Both the position numbers and the translations under genes were made by a program. A DNA stretch of 64,000 bases from Octopus sinensis. Lineage: Eukaryota. The notes below the pieces were generated by a model. It saw nothing but the letters and a program-made list of their open reading frames with translations. It was not told the origin of the DNA and did not search any database. Below are positions 12,236-25,695 of this stretch, piece after piece; position 1 is the stretch's first letter; each line of letters starts with the position of its first letter. The stretch is from positions 34,348,001 through 34,412,000 of the forward strand of contig NC_043004.1 in assembly GCF_006345805.1 (NCBI RefSeq), in the 5' to 3' direction.

Positions 12236-13994
12236 GCTTTTCCGTTCAGTTATAATAAAAACAATTTTATATTAATCTGATGGCGTACTCTATACTTTTC
12301 TAAAGTATGAATTTATATTCTTATACAAGAATGTTGTTGACAGTGTCTGTGAAGTTTCAGCCAGTCAAGCCATTATCGGACGGACACACACGTGTGTATG
12401 TTTGTGTGTGTGTGTGCATGTGTGTGTGTGTGTGTGTGTTTGAACCAGGTTCCAGTTGCCTGTTTTGGCATGGTTTCTATGGTTGAATGCCCTTCATAAT
12501 GTTAACCACTTTAGAGAGTGTACTGTGAAGATGGTGGTGTTGGGACTTTTTTACATAGCACCCGCATGGGTGCTTTTTAAGTAGCATCAGCATGTAAAAA
12601 AATTTACATTAGTATATGGGATTTTGTTGGGTTTCACTAATGGATCACAACATTTTCAACAAAGCCAGAAAACCATTCTTGCTTATGTTTTTTGGTTGAA
12701 AGTTCTGAAACTTCCAAGACGTGTGAAAATCACAAGACCGAGGAGACGCTTCCTATTCCAACTCAGTTCAAATCAGATGATTCTGCAATGGTACACTAAC
12801 CTTTAACTAGTTTAGTAGCTGATGTCATGCAATCTGTGCAAAATGATTCTTGTACTAAACTTGATTTATCTGGATTAGAATATGATGCCATGCCAACTGA
12901 AACTAACTATGTATTATCCAATGCAACACAATAAATAAAAACAGGACTTCTGTGCTTCATGGTTCAGTGGTAGCCATTCATTAGAGCTTCCAGTTCTTTC
13001 CATGGTTACATCCTGTTTCAGTTGCCATGGTTTTATACCACTCCAAATACTGGTAATCGTTTTAACATTCAAAGATTTACTAACTAACACAATGCTTTGT
13101 CAAAAGCGAGGAATTTTAGCAGGAATGATAATTCTATTGCATATAGAAATGCAATGAAAATTGGGGAGAGAAAGTCAGAAAAGCAGGATAACAAATCAGA
13201 ATATATCTCCAATGGAAGGTGAAGATCAATTGTAAATGATCAATACGAAACGCCATACATTATAGACAGGAGACAGTTTTTGTGCAATAATGAACTTGAG
13301 CTTCCTCACCTGTTTATATAATGACAATCACAATGGATTTTCTGGTCATTTTCCACGGTATTTTCAATGTACTCTCACAAAAGACACCAAATTAAGAAAA
13401 ATGCATTTGTCCCTTGACCTACACAGCAGATTCATTTCCCAAGTCACTGTACAAATGGAATTCCTGTATATCAAGTGAGATACATTTTAATAAAAGAAAC
13501 ATTCAAAATATAAAAAAGACAGTTATAGAAGGAGGAATAAAAATATGATTACCACGTTTGTACTGCTGTGTGTGTGTGTGAGTTTGTGTGTGTGTGTGTG
13601 TATGTGTGCATATTTGCATGTCTATTTATATTTATATGCATATATGTATGTATGTGTACATGTCATATGTGTATAATTATGTGTGTGTATATACATATAC
13701 ATGTGTGAGTGTGTATATATATATATAAATATATATAATTTGTCCCTTCATAATTTGAAACTGACTTATTGGAAGTCCACCTGAAGATTGTCGATCAAGA
13801 CAAGTAACAATTGTAGTGGCGGTTTTTTTGACTATTTATTAAAATTTTATGTATTGATTAAGTCTTTCCTTGTTTGTTTTGCAAAATAGTGGTTTTGTCT
13901 CTAATAATATTTTATAATATTTTACTATTAAATTGGATTTAATCCTAAATCTGATTTTTTCCCTGTAAATTTGGATTTATTCCCTAATATTTAT

Positions 13995-14075
<81 letters not shown>

Positions 14076-14119
14076 AAATGAAAGACAGAAGATGGAATAT
14101 ATGAGAATATATTATTAAT

Positions 14120-14500
14120 CACAACAATTGTTTCAACATATCCAGCATTGACTCCATTTGTGGGACACACAAAATCTGGTTCAGGAGTATCTCGTCAGGT
14201 GATGAATAAATAAAATATCTCATTAAAATAACTGTTCCATAATGCAACTTTCCATTTTGTAGAGAGAAAAACAGCCAGACGGAGGAAAATTCTACAGATA
14301 TATAGAAGATCCAAACATAAAATTGTTGAAGACAAAGAGAGAAACGAACACTTAAACCAGCAAGAAAGGCATTGAAAATAACCGTTAACCGAATTGGATG
14401 TATAAACACCCTTGGGCAAGCAGCATGGCACGAGTACACACGCTCATACAAGCATTAGCAACAATGTGAGCATACGCACACGCAAGGTTAGGAGCACTCA
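14120..14500 (+). mobile_element. Possible decayed Penelope-like C-terminal region
   Basis: Weak reads IVSTYPALTP and ARKALKITVNRIGCINT; several stops. Confidence 0.25.
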
Positions 14501-15169
14501 TAATTACAAAGTGAGCTAGTTATTTAGTAGGTGTTTACAAGAATGGGAAGGTTAAAAGTATACTTAAGTCTTCCATATCTTAAAGTAAATGAAATTACAT
14601 TAAGTTAACGGTTACTCAAAGTTCAATCTCACTGCATTGTGCAAAAGTACATTTATATGCATGTAGGCATCTCAATAGACATTCAGGAATTCTATTAATT
14701 ATCTTCTTGTTAGTCCACAGAATAGACAGGGATTTAAGATAATCTTGCTCTGCATTTTAATGTGGAGGTTGTGTTAGAACACAGAATACTGAACTATTTG
14801 CTTTGAGATAATCTCTCATCAGGAGACTCATGGTGCATGAAATCGCATGTAATTATATGATTGACAGACAAGAACTCTCTGCTATGACAGCCAGAACTCC
14901 CAGATCACATGATTTCACCCTGGTATAGGTTCCTCAATAACAGATATCCAGTTGCATCATAACAACTGAATCTCTCATCAACAATGCATAAAATCTCAGA
15001 GTCTCTTCAGACACTGGTGCCACAAATAACCAGATAATTAATAGCAACAGAAGCAGTATAAATACCAAAACTTAATCTTTATCTTCAACTTGACGTGGTG
15101 GCCATGTTAGAAGACAGAATATTGCCTTATTTACCTTGAGAGAATCTCTCATAAGGATCCATGGAGCCA

Positions 15170-15788
15170 AAAATATACACAATCATTTGGAAGACATGAG
15201 ATGACATGGTGAAGCATGACCACATTCGAACATTGGGCCTCATAGAGGCAATGACAAAAGACTGAGACCTCTGGAGATATGCTGTGACTGAGAAGACCCA
15301 GCAAATAAAGTGAGTTCTCAGCTGTAACCCACACTAGTGTCGCATAACCAGCTCACTCAACAGTTACTTGGATTGTAGGGGGACATGCCATGCTTGAGGA
15401 GACCTATTGAGTCAAGTGCATCAAAGCCAAATCAAATCACATTCAAATGGAAATTGTAGCTGTGATCCCTGTGCCAGTTGAACGTAAAAAGCACCATCCA
15501 ATCGTGATCGATGCCAGCCCCCTCTGGCCTCTGTGCCAGTGACATGTAAAACGCACCATCCGATTGTGGTTGATGCCAGCCTCCTCTGGCCCCTTTGCTG
15601 GTGACATGTAAAAGAGCACCCACTACACTCTCGGAGTGGTTAGTGTTAGGAAGGGTATCCAGCTGTAGAAACACTGCCAGATTAGACTTGAGCTTGGTGC
15701 AGCCTCCTGGCATCCAAGACCCCAGTTAAACTGTCCAACCCATGCCAGCATGGAAAACGGACGTTAAATGATGATGATGATGATGATA
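15170..15788 (+). mobile_element. RTE LINE 3' end (ORF end plus 3' UTR)
   Basis: GTGAAGCATGAC...GAGACCTCTGGAGATATGCTGTG, repeated GCACC units, tail GCATGGAAAACGGACGTTAAAT(GAT)n. Confidence 0.85.
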
Positions 15789-15829
15789 TAAAGAAACCTC
15801 AACCAAATTCTTCATAGGCAAGAGATAGC

Positions 15830-17060
15830 AATGGAAATTCTTCTGGGTAAGTAATAGTGATAGCAGCAGGGGTGAAGTGGGCATGCTGTCAGCAGAGAAA
15901 TGGATAGAAAAAGTGACTGAGGTATACAGGGTAGGTGTTAGGATAATTAAGATGAAACTAGTTATAAGTAACTCAACACCAACATTAATTTCTGCATATA
16001 CCCCACAGGTGGGGTGAACAGGAGTAAAAAATGACCAATTCTATAAGACCCATCTGTAGATTAAATGCAACAATGATTGACAGCAAGTTCAGTATTTTGG
16101 CGACAACTTCAGAGGTTGGCCAACACACTAATGATTTCCACAACATCCATGGAGGTTATGGATATTGTGCAAGAAGAAGTAAGGTGCTTGGAGATCTGTG
16201 ATGTAACTTATCAAACAATTTGCAACACACACTTTAGAAAACCAGCCTCATCAGTTGTTAATCTGGCATGCACACACGACTCAGGTACGTCACATTTCTA
16301 CCAGGAAAATGGACAGAAGGGCTATTATGAATGCCAACAATTTTTTTGACAAAGAATGCACTACACAACATAGATTGGTGACTGATGACTTCAGAGTTAG
16401 AACTAGGAATACCCTGGAATGACTAATGTCATGGTCAACAAAAGTATGGAAACTAAAAGATCCTGCAAACAGGAAGAGATTTAGAGAAGTCTAGACATAT
16501 ATAGCTGTAGGGAGGCAGATTTAGGTACTTATAACATAGATGAAAACTAAATTTTTACAAAAAACAACCTGCTCAGGGTTACCGATCAGATATGGCTGGA
16601 GGAAAGTCCTGGCCAAGCTGAAAGTAATATAGTGGTGGAACAATGCAATTGATGGGGCAGTAAAGACTGACAAACTTGAAAGGAAGGTGGTAGTAGGGAG
16701 TATTACTAAATGACTGGAAGGGCAGCTAAGTAACAGATGGGCTTGGCTATGTGTGAAGCAGAGAGGAAGAGATTCGTGCACATCTTGTTACATGAGGATT
16801 AGAAGTGTGAGGTGTTCAGAATCATAAGACAGTGTGTAGGAGAAAATGATCATTGTCAGAGAAACAGAAGACAAGAAAATGATGTGCTAATGGAGAATTC
16901 TTGGAATAAAGAGGAGCTAACTTATATTGACTCTACAGAAGGACCAGTAATTCATATTGGCAGCAGTTTAATAGATAAGGCAATCAAGGACATGAAGAGA
17001 AGGAAAGCTGCCTATCAGGAATAGTTGTGGAGATGCTCAAAATATCTGTGGAGGTGGTGT
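15830..17060 (+). mobile_element. RTE LINE remnant, endonuclease to start of RT
   Basis: Reads EVGMLSAEKWIEKVTEV...ISAYTPQVG, then ENSWNKEEL...EGPVIH...IDKAIKDMKRRKA. Confidence 0.8.
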
Positions 17061-17775
17061 ACATGATTACTAGCTGAAAATTTTCAACAAATTACTAAAA
17101 GATAAAACTGACATAGAAAATATTATTTTCGAGTGTCAAAGAAATGAAAGAAATTAAATTGAAACAACAAAGTGATATTTCTAAACAATTACATAAAATA
17201 AGTTATTGAGCAAAACCAAAACTGTGCTAAAGTGAAACATTGCAAACTGAATGCCTTGTTAAGTGATGGTAATCTGCTTCTTCACAAATATCAAAGAATC
17301 TTTTGTATATATCTGCTCAGTTGCAAAATGAAATGATACACTTACAAAATATGTTGTCTGGAATCAAACGAATGATAGCATTTGACAATGAGGTATTCCA
17401 GTTTTTTTATATTCCACTGAACTTGTAGTTTTGTTGATGTTTAGAAGTTCTCAGTCATTTTAAGGTTTGTAAAACGGAGAGTTGTGTTAGAGGGCTTGGT
17501 AGCTTTTACATGTTGATAACTTGGCTAATAGTAATGTCAAAGAGCTGAAGATACTGCAGTAAAGCTGTGAAATATTTTGTCTCATTCTACGCAGGCATTT
17601 CAGTATTGTCTGGCTCCACCAGTGGTATCTCTGAAATAATGCATCAAAACATTGGAAAAGAAATCTGGTATGTACACTGATTTGGTGAAGAGTGGAGTTT
17701 GTTATATATGCAGTTGATCAAAGTAGTAAGGTTGATTTTAAGGTTTTAGCACATCAAAGCATTTTATAATTTTCT

Positions 17776-18143
17776 ATCCGAGCATATTGTTGCCAGAGCG
17801 GCTAACTGGCGTTCGTGCCAGTGGCACGTAAAAGGCACCATTTGAGCATGATCATTACCAGCGTTGCTTTACTGGCTCTTGTGCCGGTGTGCAGGTGGCA
17901 CATAAAAAACACTATTTGGGTGTGGCCATTGCCAGTACCGTGTGACTGGCCCTCATGCCAGTGGCACGTAAAAGCACCCACTACACTCTCAGAGTGGTTG
18001 GCATTAGGAAGGGCATCCAGCTGTAGAAACTCTGCTGGATCAGATTAAGCCTGGTGCAGCCATCTGGTTCACCAGCCCTCAGTCAAATCGTCCAACCCAT
18101 GCTAGCATGGAAAGCAGACGTTAAACGATGATGATGATGATGA
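17776..18143 (+). mobile_element. Non-autonomous element with RTE-type 3' tail
   Basis: Repeated GTGCCAGTGGCACGTAAAA units; tail GCATGGAAAGCAGACGTTAAAC(GAT)n shared with 15170-15788. Confidence 0.85.
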
Positions 18144-18765
18144 CTAAAGTTGTCTGTGCTTTATATATTTGAAATATTTGTTGCAAAGACAGTGGTCAGC
18201 ATATCTAGCAGTTGTGAGTGCCATATTTTCCAATTATAAACATAATGCAAGAACTTTTGGATGAGGAAAATGGTAGTTCTGATCTAAACAGCAGAATAAA
18301 AGCAACACAACTGGAATTTTGAAACCAATTACAAGCCTCTGTTATTTTTGTTGCCGTTCTTCTTGAAGACATGATGCTAAAAGTTCTTTGTGCAACAAAT
18401 TTTTACTAAGTTATAGCAGTGGTTCATCTGAAAATATTGAAAGAGATGAGAATAAGAGAAGAAAATTGAAGAGCATCCACTCAGAGGTTACTCTTATTCT
18501 TTACTTTTTTACTTGTTTCAGTCATTTGACTGTGGCCATGCTGGAGCACCGCCTTTAGTCGAGCAAATCGACACCAGGACTTATTCTTTGTAAGCCTAGC
18601 ACTTATTCTATCGGTCCTTTTTTGCCGAACTGCTAAGTTACGGGAGCGTAAACACACCAGCATCAGTTGTCAAGCAATGTTGAGGGGACAAACATAGACA
18701 CACAAACATATTCACACACACACACACACACATATATATATACATATATATATATATATGTGTGT

Positions 18766-18968
18766 GACCTCGTGAGTACCGCTGGCGATATTTTTCCTCT
18801 GTCTTCCCTTCTTGGGATCTTTTCTTCTCCTATGTTTCCGACAAAGAGCTCCGCTCGAAACATTAAACCCTCCTTCTTCCCTTCTTTCCTGACCATCCAA
18901 TAATACTTTATTTGTTCCACGTCCTCGCGTTGTTGTGTTTTTTTTGTGTTTTCTTGTTTGGATTAACT
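18766..18968 (+). mobile_element. Penelope-type terminal-repeat fragment with a hammerhead motif
   Basis: Homologous to the reverse complement of 33380-33520; flanked by (TA)n. Confidence 0.65.
18834..18868 (+). ncRNA. Degenerate minimal hammerhead ribozyme
   Basis: GTTT CCGACAA A GAGC TCC GCTC GAAA CATT AAAC; stems I and II pair; core has transitions relative to CUGANGA. Confidence 0.55.
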
Positions 18969-19784
18969 ATATATATATATATATATATACAACAGGCTTC
19001 TTTCAGTTTCTGTCTACCAAATCTATAGTAGAAGACACTTGCCCAAGGTGCCATGCAGTGGGACTGAACCCAGAACCATGTGGTTGGTAAGCAAGCTACT
19101 TACCACACAGCCACTCCTATGCCTATTAAAAATTTTAATTTAGGAGAAGATTATTCTGTTCTTCAATCCTTGTAAAGAATTCCTGAACACAAACAAAGGC
19201 ATTTATTTCAATGCAAAGACAGAACTTGTGACAACAAGAATGAACTTTTTAACCTTATCTACAACAATATTTTTGATAACTGTATTGTAGAACATTAAAA
19301 TTACTTTAATGAACAAAGCAGAAGGATAGAAACATTGTCTCCAGACTCAGAAACATTTTTACAAGTTTTAAATTTATTTCTTATTTGTGAAGTTGTTACC
19401 ATAAACTACTTGGACAGCTCATTTCACAATGAATTATGCTTTGCCAAACATTACATTTTACAAAACATTTCTCCTAAGAAGCTGTCAAATATCTGTTCTT
19501 CACTACTTCTCTTTCCGACTGCTTTTCCAGTTATCCACAAACTGTACGCTGTATCCTCTATATTCACTATGAACATTGTTTTATGTGAATCTCCTTTCTC
19601 TGTCTCGAATCATATACTTGCATCCTGTTTATGCTCTGTGATGCAAGATAATCTCTGCATTTAGGGATAACTACGCAAGGAAACAGAACGTAGAAAGGTT
19701 TTTTAAAAACCTTTCTATACTTTAAAAGGCTGATGAATGTCTTATGAGTGAATTAGGTAGATGGTGACCATGTGAAAGCCTGCC

Positions 19785-20077
19785 ATGTGTGTGTGTGTAT
19801 GCATATTTATGCATGTATATCTTTGTGTTTGTCCCTCACTATCACTTTACAGCTTGTGTTGGTTGGTTTACATCCATGTATCTTGGCACTTTGACAAACA
19901 AAATTGTTAGAATAGGTGTAGGAGTGGCTGTGTGGTAAGTAGCTTGCTTACAAACCACATGCCTCCAGGTTCAGTCCCACTGCGTCGCACCTTGGGCAAG
20001 TGTCTTCTACTATAGCCTCACGCCAACCAAAGCCTTGTGAGTGGATTTGGTAGATGGAAACTGAAAGAAGTCAATTG

Positions 20078-20169
<92 letters not shown>

Positions 20170-20490
20170 ACAAGTTTGCATGTCTGTGTTTGTCCCCCCA
20201 ATATTGCTTTACAACAGATGCTGGTGTGTTTACGTCCCCGTAACTTAGCAGTTTGGCAAAAGAGACCAATAGAATAAGTACTAGGCTTACAAAGAATAAG
20301 TCCTGGTGTCGATTTGCTCGACTAAAGGCGGTGCTCCAGCATGGCCACAGTCAAATGACTGAAACAAGTAAAAGAATAAGCACCAGATGATGTAAAAATA
20401 GTTACTGAGGTTGATTCGTTCGACTAAGCTCTTCATGGCAGTGCTCCAGCTTGGCCAAAGTCTATTGGCAGAAACAAGTAGAAAAAAATA
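19785..20490 (+). mobile_element. Old SINE family A copy split by a younger full copy (19915-20378)
   Basis: Outer body 19785-19914 ends TTAGAATA; outer tail resumes at 20379 (AGCACC...GTTGATTCGTTCGACTAAG...GTGCTCCAGC). Confidence 0.75.
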
Positions 20491-21009
20491 TAAAAAAGTT
20501 TTTGTTTTATGGTTAGAAGATTACAATAATACTAAGCTATTTCTTATAAATGTAATATTTATGTTAGTTATTAGTATTGAAATTGGTTTTCAATAATTTT
20601 ATAGATTTTGTAAATTTTCAATATTAGAAAAAAATTTAGTTGTTTTAAAATGGTTGGTTTAGTTGTAGGAAAGACTTGAGAGTTTGTTCATGTATTGATT
20701 AAAATAATGGCATTATAAATTTTAAAAGTGATACAATAATAAATGTAAATAAAAAAATTAATATACTTTAAAGTTTTAGAATAATTTAGAATTAAAGTAG
20801 CCACCCATAAAGTTTTGACCTCAACCCCCACCAGTGCCAAATTCTGGTAATGGAACTAAAGTTGCCAATGGAAGAACTAGCTAGTGATGCTAAAATCATG
20901 ATGGTATTTAAATAATGAATAGATACAATGTCAGTTTCTGGAAAGGAAAGAATTTACCTTATTGAATAAACCTCAGTATATAACTGGTACTCCAAGGGTT
21001 ATAATGATG

Positions 21010-21292
21010 AGAGTTCCAGTTGATCCAATCGAAGGAACAGCCTGGTCGTGAAATTAATGGGCAAGTGGCTGAACACTCCACAGACACATGTAACCTAAAT
21101 GTAATTCCCAGGGAGATTCAGCCTGATACAAAATATGACAAGGCTGGCCCCTTTGAATTGCAGGTTCAACTCATTTTTGCCAGCAGAGCGGATTGGAGTT
21201 ATGTGAAATAGAGTGTCTTGCTCAAGGATACAACACACTGCTGGGAATCAATCTCACAATCATCGAGAGCTGAATACTCTATCCATTAAGCT
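21010..21292 (-). mobile_element. SINE family C (tRNA-like head, core TCCTTGAGCAAGACAC)
   Basis: Minus strand reads TAGCTTAATGGATAGAG...GATTCCCAGC...CCTTGAGCAAGACACTCTATTTCAC. Confidence 0.75.
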
Positions 21293-21295
21293 ATA

Positions 21296-21513
21296 CCCGC
21301 AAGGGGCTAAACACAGAGAGGACAAACACGGACAGACAAACGGATTAAGTCGATTACATCGACCCCAGTGCGTAAGTGGTACTTATTTAATCGACCCCGA
21401 AAGGATGAAAGGCAAAGTCGACTTCGGCGGAATTTGAACTCTGAATGTAATGGCAGACAAAATACGACTACGCATTTCGCCCAGCGTGCTAATATTTCTG
21501 CCAGCTCGCCGCC
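21296..21513 (-). mobile_element. SINE family B, near full length
   Basis: Collinear with 5620-5852. Confidence 0.9.
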
Positions 21514-22469
21514 TTGTGCACCTGTACAACCCCAGTATATAACTGGTACTTGATGATTAATTACTTTGTTCTATAAGAGATGAATGACAAAGTAATTTTT
21601 GGCAGGATTTGAAATAATTTCAAGGAAGACAAAACTATTTCCTGTTAGACATTTAGCTAAACGCACTGCAATTTGTACTTCTTGTTTCATTATGATTTAT
21701 GTCTAAGAATACTGACCCCATGGTCAAACATTACTACTGCAACTGTAACTGCTGTACTGCCTGAGTCACTGTGCTGGAAGACCCCACCCTATAGGTGCAG
21801 ACCTGGGCAAGATTTTCTTGTACAAGACCAACAATTGCCAATGCCACCAATGTTGCCTAAGAGAATGACAAAGTCAGACCAGTTTGATGTTAGAGTCATT
21901 GCAGGAATTGTCTTTGGTACACAGAGAGTTGGAATACATACTACAAGGAATACATTCTGTCAGGAATACATGCTACAAGGAATTTTATCTGATGCCCAAA
22001 TAACCCTGCTAGTCCACTGCTTTGGATTATTATTTATATATTAATCATGAAAGGATGAAAGCAAAGCTGACCTTGGCAGTATTTGAACCCAGAATGTAGA
22101 GAAACAGAACATATACCAAAAACTATTATTGTATTTGTTGCTCTGACTTCTCTACTAATTTGTTACCTTGTTATAGGCATCCAAGAGATGGTGAAAAACA
22201 GAATTGTTTGAGCTGAGGACAGGATACATATGCGGTATATGTATTCTGACTTTTTACAATCAAATGGTAACCCTTAAAGGGGCACCAAACCGTATCAGTC
22301 ATGTTCTTCCTTCAAATATAACATTGATGCTGTAGAGGGAAGACATTTGCATGTATAAGCAACTGTTGATCTCCAACAAAAAAAGGTTATTTGGGATTGT
22401 CACTTGGAGAGTAGTCTTTTTGTTCAAATATTTAGGCCATGCATAATCGATGACAAAGTCCACTACTAT

Positions 22470-22688
22470 AGGTGCAGGAGTGGCTGTGTGGTAAGTAGCT
22501 TGCTTACCAACCACATGGTTCCAGGTTCAGTCCCACTACATGACACCTTGGGCAGTTTGGCAAAAGAGACCAAAAGAATAAGTACTAGGCTTACAAAGAA
22601 TAAGTCCTGGGGTTGATTTGTTTGACGAAAGGTGGTGCTCCAGCATGGCCGCAGTCAAACGACTGAAACAAATAAGAGAATAAAAGAA
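22470..22688 (+). mobile_element. SINE family A with internal deletion
   Basis: Head fused at CACCTTGGGCAG directly to TTTGGCAAAAGAGACC and the tail. Confidence 0.85.
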
Positions 22689-23734
22689 CAAAAAAATACT
22701 ATTGCAATAGTCCAAGAACAAAGAGAGAGACAGAATGTGGCTCAGCTGTTGACCAGTAAAAGCGGTTTTTCTTTTCCTAGATTACGACTGAGTATGTGGC
22801 TGTAAGATAGATAAAGAACTGCCGAAATTCACCAGACAAAAAACAAAAAAAAAATTCTCATTTCACTCACTTGAGGAAAGGAAAGAAGAATACGGAAACA
22901 GTTTAAATAAATATATACATAATCTAATGATACTCGTGGGTTAAGCTGAGATGTTTGTTGAGCTGTATCACAGGAAATAGTAAGCATAAGAGTTAACATG
23001 AGCAACAATGTTGAAAATAATTGACACCACACACATATACATACATCTACATACACATCTGTATAGACAAACAGATTCATATGCGCAGTCACACACACAT
23101 ACAAATGAGATTTAAAAGCATAATTACTTGATTTTTTTTTTTTTTAGCTCACAAGGTTTTATTTATTTATTTATTCATTTATTTATTTATTGTATATTTA
23201 TTTGTTTCTTAGACAACAAACGAGTCTCGTAATTTCATTCTATAGAAAACACAATAAAAACATGAAAATGAAACAAAAGAAACAAGGAAAAAACCCAAAG
23301 CTAGTGAAACAAAAAGCATCTTGGTAGTTAATTGTTTTTTTAATAATAGATGGCTATGATGAATTGGTTTCTCGTCTTCACATGATTTCTAATAAATTAA
23401 AAATCTTCAGCTATTCAGAAACAAGTTTTGATAGTCAAGGCATTTTATTTATTAGCTTCATATAAAAATCTATACTACATACAAACAACTACACTCACAC
23501 ACATGTGTGTGCCTATGCATATGAGTGAGTGTATGTGCATGTATGTGTGTGTATATATTTAGGTATATGATATACATACATATATATATATATGTGTCCA
23601 CAAACATATACATTCACACAAACAGAAAAATACATACATATATATTACAAATTATTGTAGTTATACCGTACATTTATATATATATATGTATATTTCTAAT
23701 TAATTACAAACACTTGTTATAATTATATTTTGTA

Positions 23735-23804
23735 TAAATACTTAAAGCATGCATACATATGCATACATACATGCATACATACACAAAGATACATAGATAT
23801 ATAT

Positions 23805-23849
<45 letters not shown>

Positions 23850-24083
23850 GAATATATATAAATATTTTACATATGAGAGAATGTGTGTGTATGCATTTGT
23901 GTATATGCGTAGGTGTGTATTTGCAAGCCCAGAATATATCTGCAAAAAAGGGTGACAGAGAGTAAGAGAAAAAAAAAGAGTTGAATATATATATATATAT
24001 ATACATACATATATATATATATACACACATATATATATATATATCTATATATATATATATATATATATATATGTTATATATAT

Positions 24084-24115
<32 letters not shown>

Positions 24116-24120
24116 ATATG

Positions 24121-24151
<31 letters not shown>

Positions 24152-24245
24152 TTATATATGTATGTATAATGTATATGTATATATATATATGTATATGTGG
24201 GTGTGTGTATATATATGAATATGTAAATGTATATATATACACGCA
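23735..24245. repeat. (TA)n-rich compound microsatellites
   Basis: Direct reading. Confidence 0.9.
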
Positions 24246-25199
24246 CACAAACCATATATGGAGAATGTTGCGTATCTTCGTCACCGTCATTCATATAAAG
24301 GATAACAAACAGAAAACATTACCCACAAAAACACAAAACAGCCAAACAAACACACAAGAGATAGCATAACAGGTTTATCAATAGTAACAAGATGGTTGCT
24401 AGTGTTAAACTTTTGTATCTTTTTTTTTTATTTTCTTTTTGTTGAGTTGCAACATTGTTTGTGTATTGTTAACTGGTAAATATAAATACAAAACAAAACT
24501 CGCTACCTACCTGATCCCCCTACCCCCAATAATCCAAATCAATACAAAATACAAACAAGGAAAACAAACAATTAAAGAAGGAAGTAAACAAACAAACATA
24601 GCAGCAGTTATTAATCACAAAACCATTCTTTATTTTTATAAATTGGTCTTAGTATTGTCATTGAAATTCTTGCTTTGCATTTTCAGCCTTCATTTCCAAA
24701 ATGGCTTTCTTCAACCAGCTAATTCTGATTTGCATTTTTTACTTGAAAATGTTTCTTTGTTTTCTTTCTCTTGTGAAGAAAGCAATTGAAATGGAAGAAG
24801 TATGACCACCTTCAGACATTAGATTTTCTGTGAGGGAATTTTTTGTTAATATGATATAGTGCTTAAGGAATAGCCATGGTTGGTAGAAGGATTAGCTTGT
24901 TGAACTAACTGTCTTGTAGTACTTGGACTCGTCCCACTTCTTCCTGAGTTCCAGTCTTCTCATGATTGACTGTGGAATTACCACTAGTCTAAATACTGTA
25001 AAGATTGGAGTCGATGGATTCCTGTTGACCACGAAAGTATTTGGTCAATGGTGGGAAATGTATCTCAGTGTATTTTGACAACCGAATATGTGTTGTGGGA
25101 TATGGAATGTCCCTCAAATTTATTAATGTCCTTGAAAAAATAATGGTTTCAAACTTCAGAATAAGGCCAGCAACTTTAGGGGAGGAATAAATCAATGAC

Positions 25200-25345
25200 A
25201 TTGACAGCTGGTGTACAAAACAAATAGATGTATTAGTATAATGCTCAGGAATAGAAAAAGTCTTTTACGCTTCCAGCCTACACTCTTCTGCAGAAAGGGA
25301 CACAGAAAAAACAAGGAGAAAAACAAGGAGAGAAAAAAATGTGTG
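25200..25345 (-). mobile_element. Short Penelope-type fragment with a degenerate hammerhead motif (25262-25297)
   Basis: CTTT CTGCAGA A GAGT GTAG GCTG GAAG CGTA AAAG on minus. Confidence 0.5.
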
Positions 25346-25374
25346 TAGTGGCTAACGATCTATCATGGCGACTG

Positions 25375-25410
25375 GATATATATGTGTGTGTATATATATA
25401 TATCTATATA

Positions 25411-25444
<34 letters not shown>

Positions 25445-25551
25445 CTATATAATATATGTATATATATATGTATATATATATGTATATATTATATATATAT
25501 ACTATATATATATATATACATGTACATATAATTATATATATATATATGTGA

Positions 25552-25598
<47 letters not shown>

Positions 25599-25640
25599 GT
25601 ATGTAATATGTATATGTATATGTATGTATATATATATGCT
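25375..25640. repeat. (TA)n-rich microsatellite
   Basis: Direct reading. Confidence 0.9.
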
Positions 25641-25695
25641 ACAGCTGCACCTATCTCCCTCCTTTAAATCTATGCCATTTATGGGGTAAATGTTT

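Larger units (their letters stand above)
18497..19125 (-). mobile_element. SINE family A, complete but interrupted in its microsatellite by 18766-18968
   Basis: Tail at 18497-18720 and head at 18990-19125 are collinear. Confidence 0.9.
17070..19720 (+). mobile_element. Decayed hAT (ZMYM1/Tip100-like) transposase, split by nested insertions
   Basis: YISAQLQNEMIH (17306), GISVLSGSTSGISEIMHQNIGKEIWYVH (17594-17677), AFPVIHKLY...CESPFS...SVMQDNL (ORF 19335..19664, dimerisation domain). Confidence 0.75.

Noticed and set aside
14119-14451. Hydrophobic minus-strand ORF resembling a GPCR TM3
   Set aside because: No DRY/ERY-type motif, splice support or neighbouring helices; the opposite strand fits a decayed retroelement at least as well.
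21673-22044. 123-aa plus-strand ORF
   Set aside because: TTG start, no domain, and it overlaps repeat-like sequence.
22167-22955. Two minus-strand exon-like segments (~22167-22276 and ~22872-22963)
   Set aside because: Phases are incompatible for one ORF, composition is AT-rich and there is no recognisable homology; they could only be non-coding exons.
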